Assembly: GCA_951406725.2 (NCBI GenBank)
Contig: OX597817.1
Location: forward strand, 20,832,001-20,896,000
From: Octopus vulgaris
Taxonomy: Eukaryota
Length of the DNA: 64,000 bases
Reading direction: 5' to 3'
The translations under genes were made by a program, and so were the position numbers. The notes beneath the pieces are model-generated. The model did not search any database. It was not told the DNA's origin and was given only the letters and a program-made list of their open reading frames with translations. Below are positions 40,043 through 54,400 of this stretch, one piece after another; within the stretch, counting starts at the first letter, position 1, and each line of letters opens with the position of its first letter.

Positions 40043-40570
40043 TACGAGGTGCGTTCAAAGCGTAACAGACCTTATATTTTCCCGCCAAAACTTCATATAC
40101 ATGAAGGATGTTGCCACATGGGCATCATGCTTCATGTTGGACGTGGCGACATCATTTATACACTTGCGCAGCGGTAGGCCGCGTCAGTGCCCTACTGTTA
40201 ACCCTAAAATATAGACGTATGTGCACGCATGTCGGATTTTCGTTTTCACACATGATAGTGTACGTCGAGCAGACACCATAACCCTATGTTTCAGCATCAC
40301 TGATGATAGTTTGCACTATCCAGCTTGTTCTGGACGATTTCTATGCTTTGTTGCTTCTGCTGCACTGCGAGCAACGCGGGTTCAAATTATGTAGATAATC
40401 ACCACATGCAAACATCCTCCGTTAAAATTCAATGCACTGAGCCTGTGCTTATTCCCTTTCGTGAGCAAATTTCTTAGATTATTACACAACGGTCTTCCAT
40501 GACTATTCGCCGAAAATCCTCAGTCAAGTCCTCGAGGTTGAGCGTGCCTCGCTTTCCACTGAGGTGCGGC
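40043..40570. mobile_element. Decayed mariner-like element
   Basis: TIR-like start tacgaggtgcgttcaaa; minus-strand text resembles decayed transposase. Confidence 0.45.
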
Positions 40571-40794
40571 CATATTTGAAGCGGTTCTAACAAATCCGCT
40601 CACAAGTCGTCGGTCTATCCAGAGCTATAGTAACAGACACTTGCCCAAAGTGCCATGCTACGCTGTGGTAATGGACCAATATTCATGAGGTTAAGAAAGA
40701 AACCTCTTATAACAAAGCCATACCGGTATATAGCTATGCAGACATGACTGCAAATATGTCACTCAGCAACGCAGCATTCTTACTTAAAAGGTTT

Positions 40795-41000
40795 AAAATT
40801 TTGAACAAGGCTAGCAATATTGGGGGAGGTCGTGAGTTGATTACATTAATCCCAGTGTCCAACTCATACTTATTTTATCGACTCCGAAAGAATTAAAAAC
40901 GAAGTCAACTTCGCGGAATTCAGTTTCAGAAAGTAAAGGCAGTCTAAATACTACTAAGCATTTTGACCGTCGTGTTGAAAACTCTGCCAACTCGCCGCCG
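40795..41000 (-). mobile_element. Old SINE family B-related copy
   Basis: Central domain plus head remnant tctgccaactcgccgcc. Confidence 0.7.
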
Positions 41001-42050
41001 TAATATGAGTAAAATACTAGTTGCAAAATACATGAAAGAATATGTTTGTACATAGAGTTTTTCTCTTCTACCCAAAATACAGAAAAAGGAATGAATAACG
41101 ACTACACCAATAAACAAAATTTGGCCTCAATAGACGCCAAATTTTGACCTTGTTTTCTGAATGGAAACTAAATTTTGCCTAAACACGCTGATATGTCATT
41201 TGTTTAAGTAACTGCTGCCATGTAAAGATAAAGAATGTCGCTCGAATTTCAAAATATTTCAAAATTGGCACACCCTATTAGATGTTTATCTATCTATATG
41301 AATACAAACATGTGTGTATGTGTGTGTATAAATACACAAACGCAAAAACTCATGCGCATGAAAATCCAAATCTCACAGGGATACACTTATCTACGCTTAG
41401 CTTCACTTGGTAGCTTACACATATAGTTTTTCTTAAACAAGCGGCATTATGTTTCAAAACATTTCGTGAAATAGCACAACCTAATGTGCGTGCCTGTGTG
41501 TGTGTATGTATAATATATATATTGGATGGTGTATAAAAACACATATATTCAAACATATACATACTCGCATACACATACACACAGACACACTTACGCACAC
41601 ACACACGAATTCATACTCAAATACATATTATTTTAGAAGCAAAATTTCGACGCATCAGCACTTTCGCAAAGGCCACCCTCATTGAAAGAATTCAGTACGA
41701 CGAATTATTTGTGTAAAATACATTGATGCCAATAGAAACCCCGATTTCCCTTATAAGTTACAGTATTCGCAGTGAAAACAGTGTTAACAATTGAACGCTT
41801 CATCCGCCAAGCATGCCAGGCTCACAATATTGTTTTTGTACTGGTACTTAAGACAATCATCTTTACGCTCTAAATTAAACTGAACAAAAAAAAAAAAAAA
41901 AATAGTGAATTACAAAAATCATATGAAACGACTATTCGAAATACAAACACATCACATCTAAAATACTGGTACAAACAAACACTCACACAGACAAATGCAC
42001 CCACTGAGATATACACACACACAGGAGGCAGAAGCATACACACAGAAACA

Positions 42051-42098
<48 letters not shown>

Positions 42099-42127
42099 CT
42101 GTATATATATATATGTGTGTGTGTATG

Positions 42128-42193
<66 letters not shown>

Positions 42194-42264
42194 CATATTT
42201 ATATACGCATATAATTTATATATACAAGCATGCATATGTGTGTGTGCGTGTAAGCGTGTGTGTG

Positions 42265-42304
<40 letters not shown>

Positions 42305-43399
42305 TGTATAAGACATAGAGTGAGAGACAGGCCGGCAAATTTACCGACAGATACAAAGACATATACTCTAGACACACAGAAACATACATGTGAGAAAGTG
42401 CAATGGGACTCAATATGCGTTTGTGAACGTGTATTCTCTACATAAATAACAAATATTAAGCAATTTAACTATTATAAAACATAGAGTAATACATTATAAT
42501 TCATTAAATGACAATGCAATTTCTCATATATTTTATAATGTAAGGTATTTCATATTGAGGTTCATTAAATTTGCTTCATAAAATTTGTCTATTTATTTAG
42601 GAATCGCTTTTCAATCCTTCTCGAATTCGATCGGAAATAGAAGGCTGTCAGTGTATGGAGAAGCTATATTGAGATATTGAACTTGCATTCCAGTTGCATA
42701 TTGAATAGGCTGTAATGAATATGCCATTATACCTGGTACAAACACACAACGTGTAACGAAACCTGCTAAAGTTCAATATATATTTGGCAGAGATATTTCC
42801 ATCTAATGTAAAATTCAATAAAATTTTGGTTGCTAAATTATTTTTGCAATCGTATGCTTGTGCGTTCTTTTTGGTCAACATATCTTTCATAAAATAATTT
42901 AGTTAATTGAAGTGCATTGCATTCAAATGCTGGCTTAAAATTCCTCGACATGTAATGAAAACGCTGGAGATGCACATATGTTAAATTCAGTCGCAATCTC
43001 TGCACCCGTATTATAGAAATTTTGCAATAACTGAGTGTGAGCAACGAAGTATTTTTAGACCAAGTTTGCGTCCATTATAATTTTTTTTTCTATTCTTCAT
43101 ATTCAGCTATATTCAATTTTGCATGGGCGTTAAAAGCATTAACTAACGTGTATATATTACATTAATATTATCAGACAATTACATGCAAAATCAGACATCT
43201 GAATGCTGTGTAAATTATCTACATTCCTGTATTTATTCTTCTTTTCAGACAAACCACCCCCTCTAGTTCACCAGTTCACATGTCAATATACCAAGTTCTC
43301 GCATCGATTTCTTCTCGTAATTTATAAGAACGTATAATGTATAATACAAAATAACGCACAATATGTCATTGCGAAAGACAAAACTCCAACTAGATTATT

Positions 43400-44810
43400 G
43401 TAGTAGTGTACTAACTTCAGACAATAAGAACATTAACTGTTACATTTTCCAATGTGATTCAATTTCACCTCTAATTTTTGGCATAACTTTATTACTACTT
43501 ACAAGTGAACTTAATAGAACATGGTATAGTTACAAAATTGACAACAGGAAAATAAGTCTTCTATTTTATGAGCATCACTTAAATCAACAACAAGAACAAC
43601 GATGTGCCTGGTGGGTTGTTAGATACGGTGAAGCATTCAGTGATGATATCGTGATGGAGTTTGGTCTTGATATATGTGTCAAGGTCACGTTCAAGAAAGA
43701 GAACTTCATAGCATCAAACTCAACAGTTATAAATATCTTGAGCAGGAACAAACCTATAAATACCTAGATAAAAATAAAGGCTCTAAGATTCAACATGTAA
43801 GTATGGAAGAGATCACGGAGGATTGTTATAGGTGAGTACGAGTAGTTCCAATATAAGAGCCAAATACACCTGACAATGTATTAGCCATAAATTCTTTAGG
43901 AGTTCTCATTGTTAAACTGAAATATCATTTGAAATAATGAAAATTGTTAGAAAGATTTGTATACTGCTCACTTGTAGTAAAATGCACCACTTAAGTAGAC
44001 GTTCATTGTCTTTACAAAAGAAAGCTGAGGCCTTATGCAGTTACAACTTTCATACAAAACCGTCACAACTGGAACGAGCCAAATTTCTTGAAACAATGGA
44101 TGCTAAAACTCGTTAAAATCAAGTGAGTCCAAAGATGCTTCACTTTATCTAAGAGAGAGAAAAAGTGCTGTTGATATAAAGAATCATACACAGTTTGAAC
44201 AAGGAGGTTTGGCAACTACCGTTGCGAGGTAACTAATATCAGTTGCAAAGACAAGGTTCAGGGACAATTGGCTGATAGGTAAGAGCAGGAACATATGCAT
44301 GGGTCCTTAGCAAACATGCTGATGTTGACCAAATGGAAACTAATCAGTGACTACAAAGGTAAGGGCTAAATGGAGAGGATAACGGTTTAAGCGTCGGTCT
44401 CTCAAAAATCAAAGCTTTTTGATCCGACATTACGAAGCCAGTGTGATGGTAAATGAAGTAGATCCAAAGTGTCGATTCTGTAATGATAAATTTTAAACAG
44501 TAGACAAATTAATCTCTGGATGTAAAATTTTAGCATCGGTAAAGTATATATCAGGATACAACAGATCTGGTCAATATCTACATAGGCTGCTATATCTTCA
44601 TTATGAAATCCAAGCTCCCACCAAATGGTATAATTACCATCCCGAGGATGTCCACTGAGGTAGAACATTTAACGATACTTTGGGATTTTCTAGTACATGC
44701 GAATAAGCTGAATATCGTTGCGTAAGACAAGCATATTTCTTTATATATCGAAATGTGCATCCTTTGCGATCATAATATTTCTATAAAAGAATTTGGTATT
44801 GAAAATGAGT
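43400..44810 (+). mobile_element. R4/Dong-like LINE, RT C-terminus to RLE remnant
   Basis: FSDDIVMEFGLDICVKVTFKK, HYEIQAPTKWYNYHPE, TILWDF and CDHNISIKEF. Confidence 0.8.
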
Positions 44811-45594
44811 TGAGCTCATTGAAATCGAAAACATGTATGTATACTAATGCCTACGAAATAGTTATCAAAACCAATAACAAAAAATAAAAAACAACAACAT
44901 TGCACTGTATCATGAGTAAACAATTCAACATTTGTTCTTTGGCTTGGTATAGTAAGATATTCCCAATGTGTATGTTTAGTCAGCCAAAATGCCATGAATA
45001 ATGTGAAAGAGCCATATACTATGTTCATACTTGTAAATGGAAGAATATGCAGGATACTAGTTTGATGAAAAATACTCGACATGTATTACGTGAATTTACA
45101 AACAAAATTTTCTCCCGACGTGTAACGGAGCAGTGTCTAAAATACACTTACCTCACAAAAAAAGGGCAGCTCCATATATCACAGCAGTTGTTCATGCAAG
45201 TGAATCAAATGACTTCCTTAATAAAGCTCAAGCCACTTAATATGCTCAATGTTACGCAAGCTGATTCAATCCGTCTATTACATGAATGGCCGTTATTTCA
45301 TTTACAATTCTGGTATGATGCATTAAAGTCGTGGCTAATTAGCACAAGCATTGTGTTCGGCACATTCACAACGCTGAAGCCGTCTGCCAGCAGAATAGAA
45401 CATATTAGTGTACAATCGATGAAATTAACTCCAGTATTTGAATCGTACATTATTTCTTGACTCCAAATATGTGATAAGCAGAGTTAACATAGTCGGAATA
45501 TGATTTAAGAAATTTAAAGATCATTCGTTTATGATCCTTTTTTCAAGTAAATATAATAAAACATAGAAGAATATTTGTTACGAACAGTTAATTT

Positions 45595-45915
45595 TTAATT
45601 TTTAAAAATTTAATTTAATTTAATTTAATTTTTTTGGCTCAAAAATCAAAAGCAAGGCCATGTAGGGGGACATGGAGTTATGTACAGGGAAGGTGTTCAT
45701 ACAAAGAGTTCAGGCTATTTCTGGTCAAGGGAGACTTTGAACCGAGCGGTCGTCGGCATCTTCACTATCTCGTCCGGCAGCTTATTCCACGGATCCGCAA
45801 CCCGGACGGAGAAAGCCCCGCTCCTTCGATTGAGATGAAATCGTCGTAGATAGAGCTTTTCGGAGTTACCCCTCAACCCACGCTCTGGAGCAGGAGTCAC
45901 GAACAGCTCTTTTGA
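45595..45915 (-). mobile_element. CR1-like LINE 3' end with an (AATTA)n tail
   Basis: LRGNSEKLYLRRFHLNRRSGAFSVRVADPWNKLPDEIV..FKVSLD, then a short UTR and the tail. Confidence 0.85.
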
Positions 45916-47393
45916 GAGGTTACAGTTGATATTTAATAGATTATGCTTAGTGACCCGTAAGTTATGATTGAAATATAAACACATAGACATGAACGTGATG
46001 ATGCTATTTGGAACTACACCCATTGCTGAAAAGTTGTTTATGTCACTTGATATTTAGTTTGTTTATAAAATTCATATATTAGTTTATTCTCAAGTACTTA
46101 GACTTTGATATTACTAAGCTATTTTTAATAATCTTACGTTAGAAAATCATATAAACTATTTCAGGGCGGAGAATATGTTTTAGAATATTGCCAGCTGATG
46201 TATTCATGATATATGACTTGTAAAAATATATATTTAATTTTACAATTATTCATTCTTCATATTGCAGCTGTTTACCTTATCACAAGCTTATAGTTCTTTC
46301 TGATCTAAGTGAATAACAACGACATGCTATTAGTTAAAGTTCCATCTTGATGTTAGTAATTTACATAATTGCTTCTTCTGTACATAACTGGCAACAGAGC
46401 GAAGCTACTGGAATAACAGTTTATATAACTGCTGACCTCATCGACATTTTAGATAACCGTTGGAACATTCTCTTCAGCATTTTGACCATAGAAACATTAA
46501 GAACACTAACAAATCTGCTTAAAAATTGGAACGAATTTATCTTTATTTTCAATTGGATGAATGGTTACCAAAAAGACAATGAGGTGAAATACTGAATCAG
46601 TGACCTAGAAAGAAATAGAACATCTTTTTCTGTGTAATTTTCAGATTCCGTTCAATCAATTTATAACCTTCAAACTTTCCTTCTGAAATACATGTTATTG
46701 TCGTTTGTATTGATTATTCAATTTTCTATCTGCGCCTGATATTTTCCCAGCTTTTTACTCAGATAGATTCTGCCGTTATAAAATTACACGTGAGTATGAA
46801 TTAGAAATATTTAGTGCATAAACACAGCATTAAGCGAAATAAATGAGAAACTAATTATATAACAATACGTAATTAATTTACGGTATTTACAACTTGCTAA
46901 ACGCGCGAGCAATCCAACACGCTACTTGGAGAAATTAAGGGATGCAACAATCTGAACCACAAGTTCACACAAGCAGTCGCTTGTTTTGTCATACACTTCG
47001 AAGAAAATATCTGAACGCTAATGAATGTTTGCTTTCACCAAAATATTTCTAATAATCCACTTTCTACAATACAAATGGTGGAACAAGTTAAGCATTAGCG
47101 AAAATAGATATGTGAGCATATTTGCTTTCACATTTTAATTTTCCGTGGGGAAGATGTTGCATTGCAAGTGGGTGAAGGACACGTCAAGAATATGAGGATT
47201 TATATATATGATGCTCTATACAACTGCCATTGCAAGTTCGCTATTATTTATACATACATACAAACATATATGTATGGATATGAATATGGATACATAAACA
47301 AATAGATAGATAGATAAGCAGATAGGTTGATAGGTAGGCAGACATGTAGGTAGATAGATAAATAGATACATAGACAGATAAACAAATAGAAAT

Positions 47394-47451
<58 letters not shown>

Positions 47452-47640
47452 CTAAGTTATCAGGTTATAATACTCAAAATTACAGGCCAATGCTAATTTC
47501 AGCACTTAAAATAATCATATAATCCATTTAAATAAGAACAAATGTATAAGTATTGCTGCCCTTTCATTATCAATAGCTTTCGACAGCAAAAAAGATATAC
47601 ATATGTACATTTACACACACATACATGCATGGGCCCACAC

Positions 47641-47738
<98 letters not shown>

Positions 47739-47980
47739 CTACATGAAATTCAGTAACAAATTTTACTTCCAAAGCATTGGCTCACCTGTGTATATTTTAG
47801 AGTTAACTTGTTTATTTCGAAGCACAATTGAATTGAACTTAAATACACAAGAATTACATAGTGCACGTCCTAAGCACATTCGAAGCCATGCAGCATCTAT
47901 ATGTATTCTTGAACGTGATATTTTATGGTACCCTTTTAAGTGTATAGTCAAATATTTGAAATAAGTATACACAGTTTTAT

Positions 47981-48329
47981 AAGGCACAGGAGTGACTTTG
48001 TAGGAAGTATCTTGCTTACCAACCACATGGTTCCGGTTTCAGTCCCACTGCGTGGAACCTTGGGCGAGGGTTTTCTCCTATAGCTTCGGGCCGACCAAAT
48101 CCTTGCGAGTGGATTTGGTAAACGGAAATAGAAAGAAGCTCGTCGTATATATGTATATATATGTGTGTGTGTACGTTTGTGTGTTTGTTTGTCTGTATTT
48201 TCCCCCCAACCGATGCCTGAGTGTTTACTTCCCCGTATCCTAGCAGTTCGGCAAGTCCTGGGGTAAAGGCACTGCTCCAGCATGGCTACAGTCAAATGAC
48301 TGAAACGAATAAATGATTAAATGAATAAA
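47981..48329 (+). mobile_element. SINE family A
   Basis: Colinear with the other copies; internal deletions. Confidence 0.85.
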
Positions 48330-49614
48330 AATGTAAGATTATAATACATTGTGTTTTGTTTTTTAAACGATGCTATACCACTGTCCAACAGATACAGCTT
48401 GAAAAGCATATTCGTAATAAATCTTTCTGCATATATGATCAGAGGGAAGTATGCATGACAGTAGGAATTGATGGTTGGTTACGTTTGAGAAATATGTGAA
48501 TGTTATATATTTTTAGACATACCCATTATGTTACTTGATACATTTGTTACATTAAATAAAATGAAATAAATGTATAATACACATAATATTAGGCAAATTC
48601 CTAACTGATCATTGAGAAAGAAAAAGTGAACAAACCAACCAACCAACCACACCTTCAAGCTAAATGGAGGCAGCTACTCACTTATGATTGCACTTTATTT
48701 TTAATAACAGGGGTGTATAAATATCAGATAAGAGAAGCATCTGAGAGACATTAACAGCAGTGGTATCATGCCAGAAAAAAGCATGCATTTATGAAGCAAA
48801 ATTAATTAAATTTACTTTTAATGTAAACAATATGGAAAAATCATTTCTATTATATATTCCCGTTCCTCGTAAATTTGAGGTATTCATTGAAACATTTATA
48901 TTTTTACATTATATTAATTCATGGAATTCGATCTAAGCTATTAATATTAATTCAACGTAAATTTATATTTAATTCCTTGACAATAACATTAAGTTGCTCA
49001 TCCTATTTTGCACATAATATATTTGAATTTCTTTACCCTTTTACAAATGCTGCCGTAATGCTAAAATTTCACCAATAAATAAAGCAGGAAACGTAAAACA
49101 CGTAAGCTATTGTCTTGTAGAATATGCGAAATAGGCTCGTTGCACAGTTACCATATATATTCATCAACAATCTGTCATGTTAAGATGAGGAATTTCAGGG
49201 CAAGATATTTTCATATTAGTTGCACTGATCCAGTAAAATGCTGTTGCTATTGCTTTGGTAGATAGTAAAATGTTTGTCTACCAGTTTACAAGAAACTATT
49301 GAATGTTCGGAGACACATAGACACACATATTATTTATATTATTATTTAATTAAAAGCTTCGCATCCATTTCCCTCTAAGTTAATCTTAACCCCTTTGATG
49401 CGACTCTACTCCATATAGTTTTCTTCCGCAATCCTTCTCTAATTCCATTTTTCTCACCCTCACTGTTTCTTATCAGTCCCCTCTCCCCTCTTTCTCTTTT
49501 TCGTTGCTGACACGTGACCATCGTTCAACTTTCTTTTCCTCACGTGATCATCTTTCTTTTCCTGCTCTGGAGATTTTCTTTGTCTCGTTTATCTTATCTC
49601 TTTTCTATATTTAA

Positions 49615-49765
49615 GTTCTATATTTAAGAGATGAGGAATTATTACATTATTTACACTATTTGCATTTGACGGATATTTGTTTACAAAACGTTTCGGCTGA
49701 TATACACTCCAGCCTTCATCAGGTGTCGTAGGGAAATTTCGAACCTGGTTATTTTTCGATATTTG

Positions 49766-49835
<70 letters not shown>

Positions 49836-50367
49836 GTAGATCACTGCTTGGAATCGAACTGGGAATCTTGGAATTAGTGGCTCACGCTCTTACCCTCTAA
49901 GCTATATGCCCGTGAGCAATTATGGAGTGAATTTCGGTGCTTATAAATCTAATATTCTCCTATCCTTCCTTAATGCCGGTTCCCATATGTTACTATTATC
50001 TTTACTCGCTCTGCCTAGCAGTTATTTTGTCCTAGCATATGAGCTGCTTCTTTTAGTTTTCGTAATTTCCAGAGGTGTTCTCTGTCTATTATTTTAACTA
50101 CATCCTACAGGGGAACGTGGTTTTCATTTTTCTATACATGATCAGCTATAGCCGGTTTATCAGTATCTCCTCGTGTCACAGCTTTGTAATGTTCGTGAAC
50201 ACTTATTTCGAGGGGGTGGCATGTTTCGCCTTTGGATAAACTACCACAGCTGCATGGGATGGAATGCACGTAATCTTTGGTCATATTCTCTTCTATTGAT
50301 AGTTTTACTGGAAGGAGATATTGCGGGCTACTAATCCCAAGCTTCCGAATTCGATTCCAAGCAGTGA

Positions 50368-50442
<75 letters not shown>

Positions 50443-50499
50443 CAACAACAACAATAACAACAACAACAACAATAATAATACTACTACTACTACTACTAC

Positions 50500-50543
<44 letters not shown>

Positions 50544-50545
50544 TT
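49615..50545 (-). mobile_element. 5'-truncated Penelope-like element: inverted partial pLTR, GIY-YIG remnant, and pLTR (tRNA-like head, (AAT)n, HHR)
   Basis: VHSIPCSCGSLSKGETCHPLEISVHEHYKAVTRGDTDKPAIADHV..RKLKEAAHM; 50323-50545 is an inverted copy of about 49770-49885. Confidence 0.85.
49683..49727 (-). ncRNA. Minimal type I hammerhead ribozyme (stem I partly decayed)
   Basis: Minus strand: gacac CTGATGA a ggctg gagtgtatat cagcc GAAA cg TT ttgt. Confidence 0.7.
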
Positions 50546-50559
50546 AAGAGGTAAAAACA

Positions 50560-50875
50560 TCACGGAAATTCATGAACTTATCTTGGAGAAGCGTTACCCC
50601 AAAATTGACGAACATGTTGATATAACTGGTGTGTTCTGAAGCTTCTGTCAACGAATTATGAGTGACGACTTCCGAATAAAACGAGTTGCAGCGAAATGTG
50701 TGCCTCGCTTGCTCACAGAAGATCAAAAGTAGTCACAACGGAATGAGGGTCGTGATCTGAAAGAACAACTGGAATTCGATCCGGACGTTTCTTCGAAGGC
50801 CATCACTGGTCAACATGTAAAACTATATGAATAAAATAACTTTGCAAATGTCATTTTCTTTTGAGTACCCCCTCA
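50560..50875 (+). pseudogene. Mariner transposase remnant with TIR-like end
   Basis: CQRIMSDDFRIKRVAAKCVPRLLTEDQK..DVSSKAITG; ends ttttgagtaccccctc. Confidence 0.8.
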
Positions 50876-50879
50876 GAGA

Positions 50880-50922
<43 letters not shown>

Positions 50923-50946
50923 GTAGATAGATAGATAGATGTACAT

Positions 50947-50978
<32 letters not shown>

Positions 50979-51104
50979 AGTGGTTAACTCTAGTGCTAGA
51001 AATAGCTCCTTATTCTGGTATAGCCACCGAAGTTGTTTCCACAAAAGAAATAACATTACCTTCAACGTATGGAAAGCGAAATACAACGAAAAGATAAATT
51101 TCGT

Positions 51105-51158
<54 letters not shown>

Positions 51159-52023
51159 CATACAAACATATAGATATATATATAAAAGTATACGTTTATA
51201 TGTATATATACACACACAAATGCATATACCTATACACATGTATACACACACACATACACACAAATATATTTATCGGCTGTATGTCATTTTGCCTTCGTTT
51301 TATTTGTATTTTATGATTGTTTTCCATAGTTCGCAATAATATTTTGTTCATTTCTTTTTTTTTGTGGTTGTAATTCTCGTCCAGTTTCATCAGTCCCTTA
51401 TCTCTTGCGCTTTATTTCATCTCATTCGTTCATTTCCCGTTTCTTTGCTGATATTGTCTGGTTTCATTCAAGTAATTTCCATCACAGTCTATTTTTCCTT
51501 CTTTTTACCGAACAGTAATTGATTTAGATTTAAATATCTCTCCTAGAACTAATCAATAACGGAACAAATTTGTATATCATTTCAGTTTTTAGAATATAGA
51601 ATTCACATTCTTCTCTCCAATTTCGTGAAAGGGCAATTAGAAAATAACTGTATTATCAAAGTAAGTACCTATAATTTAACAATCTTACTTTTGTCTGTAA
51701 TATTTGAACTCTTGACACCGATGCTGGTCTTGATCTTAGTCGTCTTCATAGAGGTCAGTTTGCAGGAAATTGGTTTAGGAATAAATATCCGAGACAAATT
51801 AAGGTTTCAATATATATAAACGATATTCTTACATATGAACGCACGAAGACAGAAGCATACAATGACACAGATATTTATGAGTATGTGCATGCATTTATGA
51901 AAGTGCGTACATGTGTGTGTACGTATATACATATTTATATGCATGCAGATAAAATAAACATATAGTTATAATGAGTATGTCCACATATATATTAATATAA
52001 GTACAAATACGCGTGTGCGTATC

Positions 52024-52079
<56 letters not shown>

Positions 52080-52084
52080 AAAAT

Positions 52085-52508
52085 AAGGCCCAGACGTGGC
52101 TCTGTGATAAGAAGCTTGTTTCTTTACCACATGGTTCCGGGTTCAGTTCAACTGCGTGGAAACTTGGGCAACTGTTTACTAGTATAGCTTAAGGCCGACC
52201 AAAGCCTTGTCAGTGGATTTGGTAGACGTGAACTGAAAGAAGCCCGTTGTATATATAATTATATATGTGTATATTTGTTTGTGTTTCTGTTTTTGTCCCC
52301 TCACCTTCGCTTGACAACCGATCTTTGTGTGTTTCTGTTCCCGTAAGTTAGTGATTCTGCAATAGTGTATGATAGAATAAGTACTGAGTCATACAAAGAA
52401 TAAATCCTAGGGTCGATTTATTCGAATAAAAAAGAACCTTTAAGGTGCTGCTCAAGCATGCCCGCAGTCAAATTATTTAAACACGTAAAAGAATAAATGA
52501 GTAAAAGA
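52085..52508 (+). mobile_element. SINE family A (followed by an inverted tail fragment at about 52520-52582)
   Basis: Colinear with the other copies. Confidence 0.85.
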
Positions 52509-52599
52509 ATATACATATTTTTTCTCCTTTATCTTTTACGGGTTTCAACCAGAGACTGAGGCCATGCTGGTGCACCGCCTTTACTGTTTCGGGGGATTT

Positions 52600-53000
52600 T
52601 TTTCAATATTGCTTCTGCTTTGTGTGTCCTCTTCTTTGTGTCTCCTGCCACAACATGGGTTCAACTTGTATTGCAAATTAAAAACTGTCTAGACGCTTTT
52701 GAAGACTTCCATATCTACACCTTTCAGATACTTGATGTTCTGTGGTAAGGCATTAAATACGTTGTGGCCCCTTGAATCCCAAGCTATTACTATATTGGTT
52801 TCTCCCCTAAAGAGAACATAGGAACTTTGGTACTGTGCAGTGCCATCATGTTTGGGGATTGTTGTAGATTTCTATTCTGAAATTTGTACCTCGACCCTCC
52901 ATTATTTTCCATATGTATAGCTCTGTATATCTCTCACGTCTCCTCTCCAGGGAGTAGAGTCCCAGTTTCTTTAACCTCTCCGAGTAGTCTATGTGTTGTA
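52600..53000 (-). mobile_element. CR1/L2-clade LINE 3' remnant
   Basis: YSERLKKLGLYSLERRRERYRAIHIWKIMEG and VFNALPQNIKYLKGVDMEVFKS. Confidence 0.8.
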
Positions 53001-54204
53001 CTGAGTCTATCTTCTTTGTGTAGTGGCGTTGGGTTGCCTCTAGTTCTGCTATTAGTTTTACGTTCTTTGGTGGCCAAACGACTGATCACAAAGGTTCTCC
53101 AAATCAGAAGCATTCTGTCACTGTTCCTGGTCCTGAATCATCTAAGGATCCAACCTCCTATCCGCCTATATAATGTTACCATCTGAACAATATGCACATG
53201 GAAAGTTGCGTCGTTTCTCATGTGGATCCCCAGCTTGCGCACGACTCTAATTCTGGGATTACATTGGCTGCTAGTCCCGGGTAATTCAGTTGTAGTTTGT
53301 TTGTGGGCCGATAGCGGAGTGCTTGGAATTTTGCGGAATTGAACTACGTATTATTCTTACCTGCCCATTCATGTATTGTGTTCAGGTAATTCTGTACGGA
53401 CATAAACTGTGTGTCGATAGCCAGCTGGAAAAGATGGTTTTCTGGTGCTATGGCAACGGTAACATCATCCTTTATACGACTGCCACATTCTTTTGGCATA
53501 TAAACATACATATTTGGTCCTGTTGCTGTATATCTCTCACTCAGTGATTTAAAACAAGATGTTTTACTTTATACGATATCAACGAATCTGCGTCGCTTAA
53601 AATGTATATAGCATTTGCGAGTGGCAACACCTTTTGTCCCTGGCCTATGATTGTCTCACTCTGAAGACAGGTAGCCACCTAGTAACCGGGTCTATGAGTA
53701 TCAGGTGAGGCTAGAGATACAAGCGATGATCTCCTTGCGAACGCTATACAGACACAAAGCCAGCTGGAAAAGATGTTTTCCTGGGACTGTAACAAATGTA
53801 ACACCGTCCTTTTAAGCCTGCCACAATATGTTGGCATATAAGCATTACTATATACATATATACACAGAGTGAGAGAGAGCGATGGTGCGGTGACATGCTT
53901 TCAAGCGTTCTTCATTTCCATGTATACATTTGTCTTTGGTAGATATGTTACATTTATTTTAAGAATACGCTCAGTAGCTCTGATTTCCTTATTTTTTTTT
54001 TTTATAAAGCGAAACATAGCGTCATAAACTAAGCTTTGTTTGCAAGATATATAAATGTGACGGAGCAGATTAAGCATTCTGCAATTACAAAGTTGGGAAG
54101 AATCTTGAATATCCCAAGATTAAAGATTCGTTGATAATGTTTAAGGAGCCAATGAAGTGTCAGTGAAACTGTAACACAAAACACAATAATATTTCTTTAA
54201 TAGA

Positions 54205-54400
54205 GAATCCGAGGAGCCAATAGAATGTTTACTGCGCTGGACGAAGTGCTTAGCGACATTTCGCCTGTTTTTACGTTCTGAATTGAAATTCTGGTACGAT
54301 CGACTTAGCATTCCATCCATTTCGGGTTGGATAAAATTCATACCAGTAATCGCCTTCCCCACTATCCAGAACTTGCTGGTTTCAAAATTTGAAACCAATA
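54205..54400 (+). mobile_element. Old SINE family B-related copy
   Basis: cttagcgacatttcgcctg..ttacgttctgaattgaaattc..ccatttcgggttggataaaat. Confidence 0.6.
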
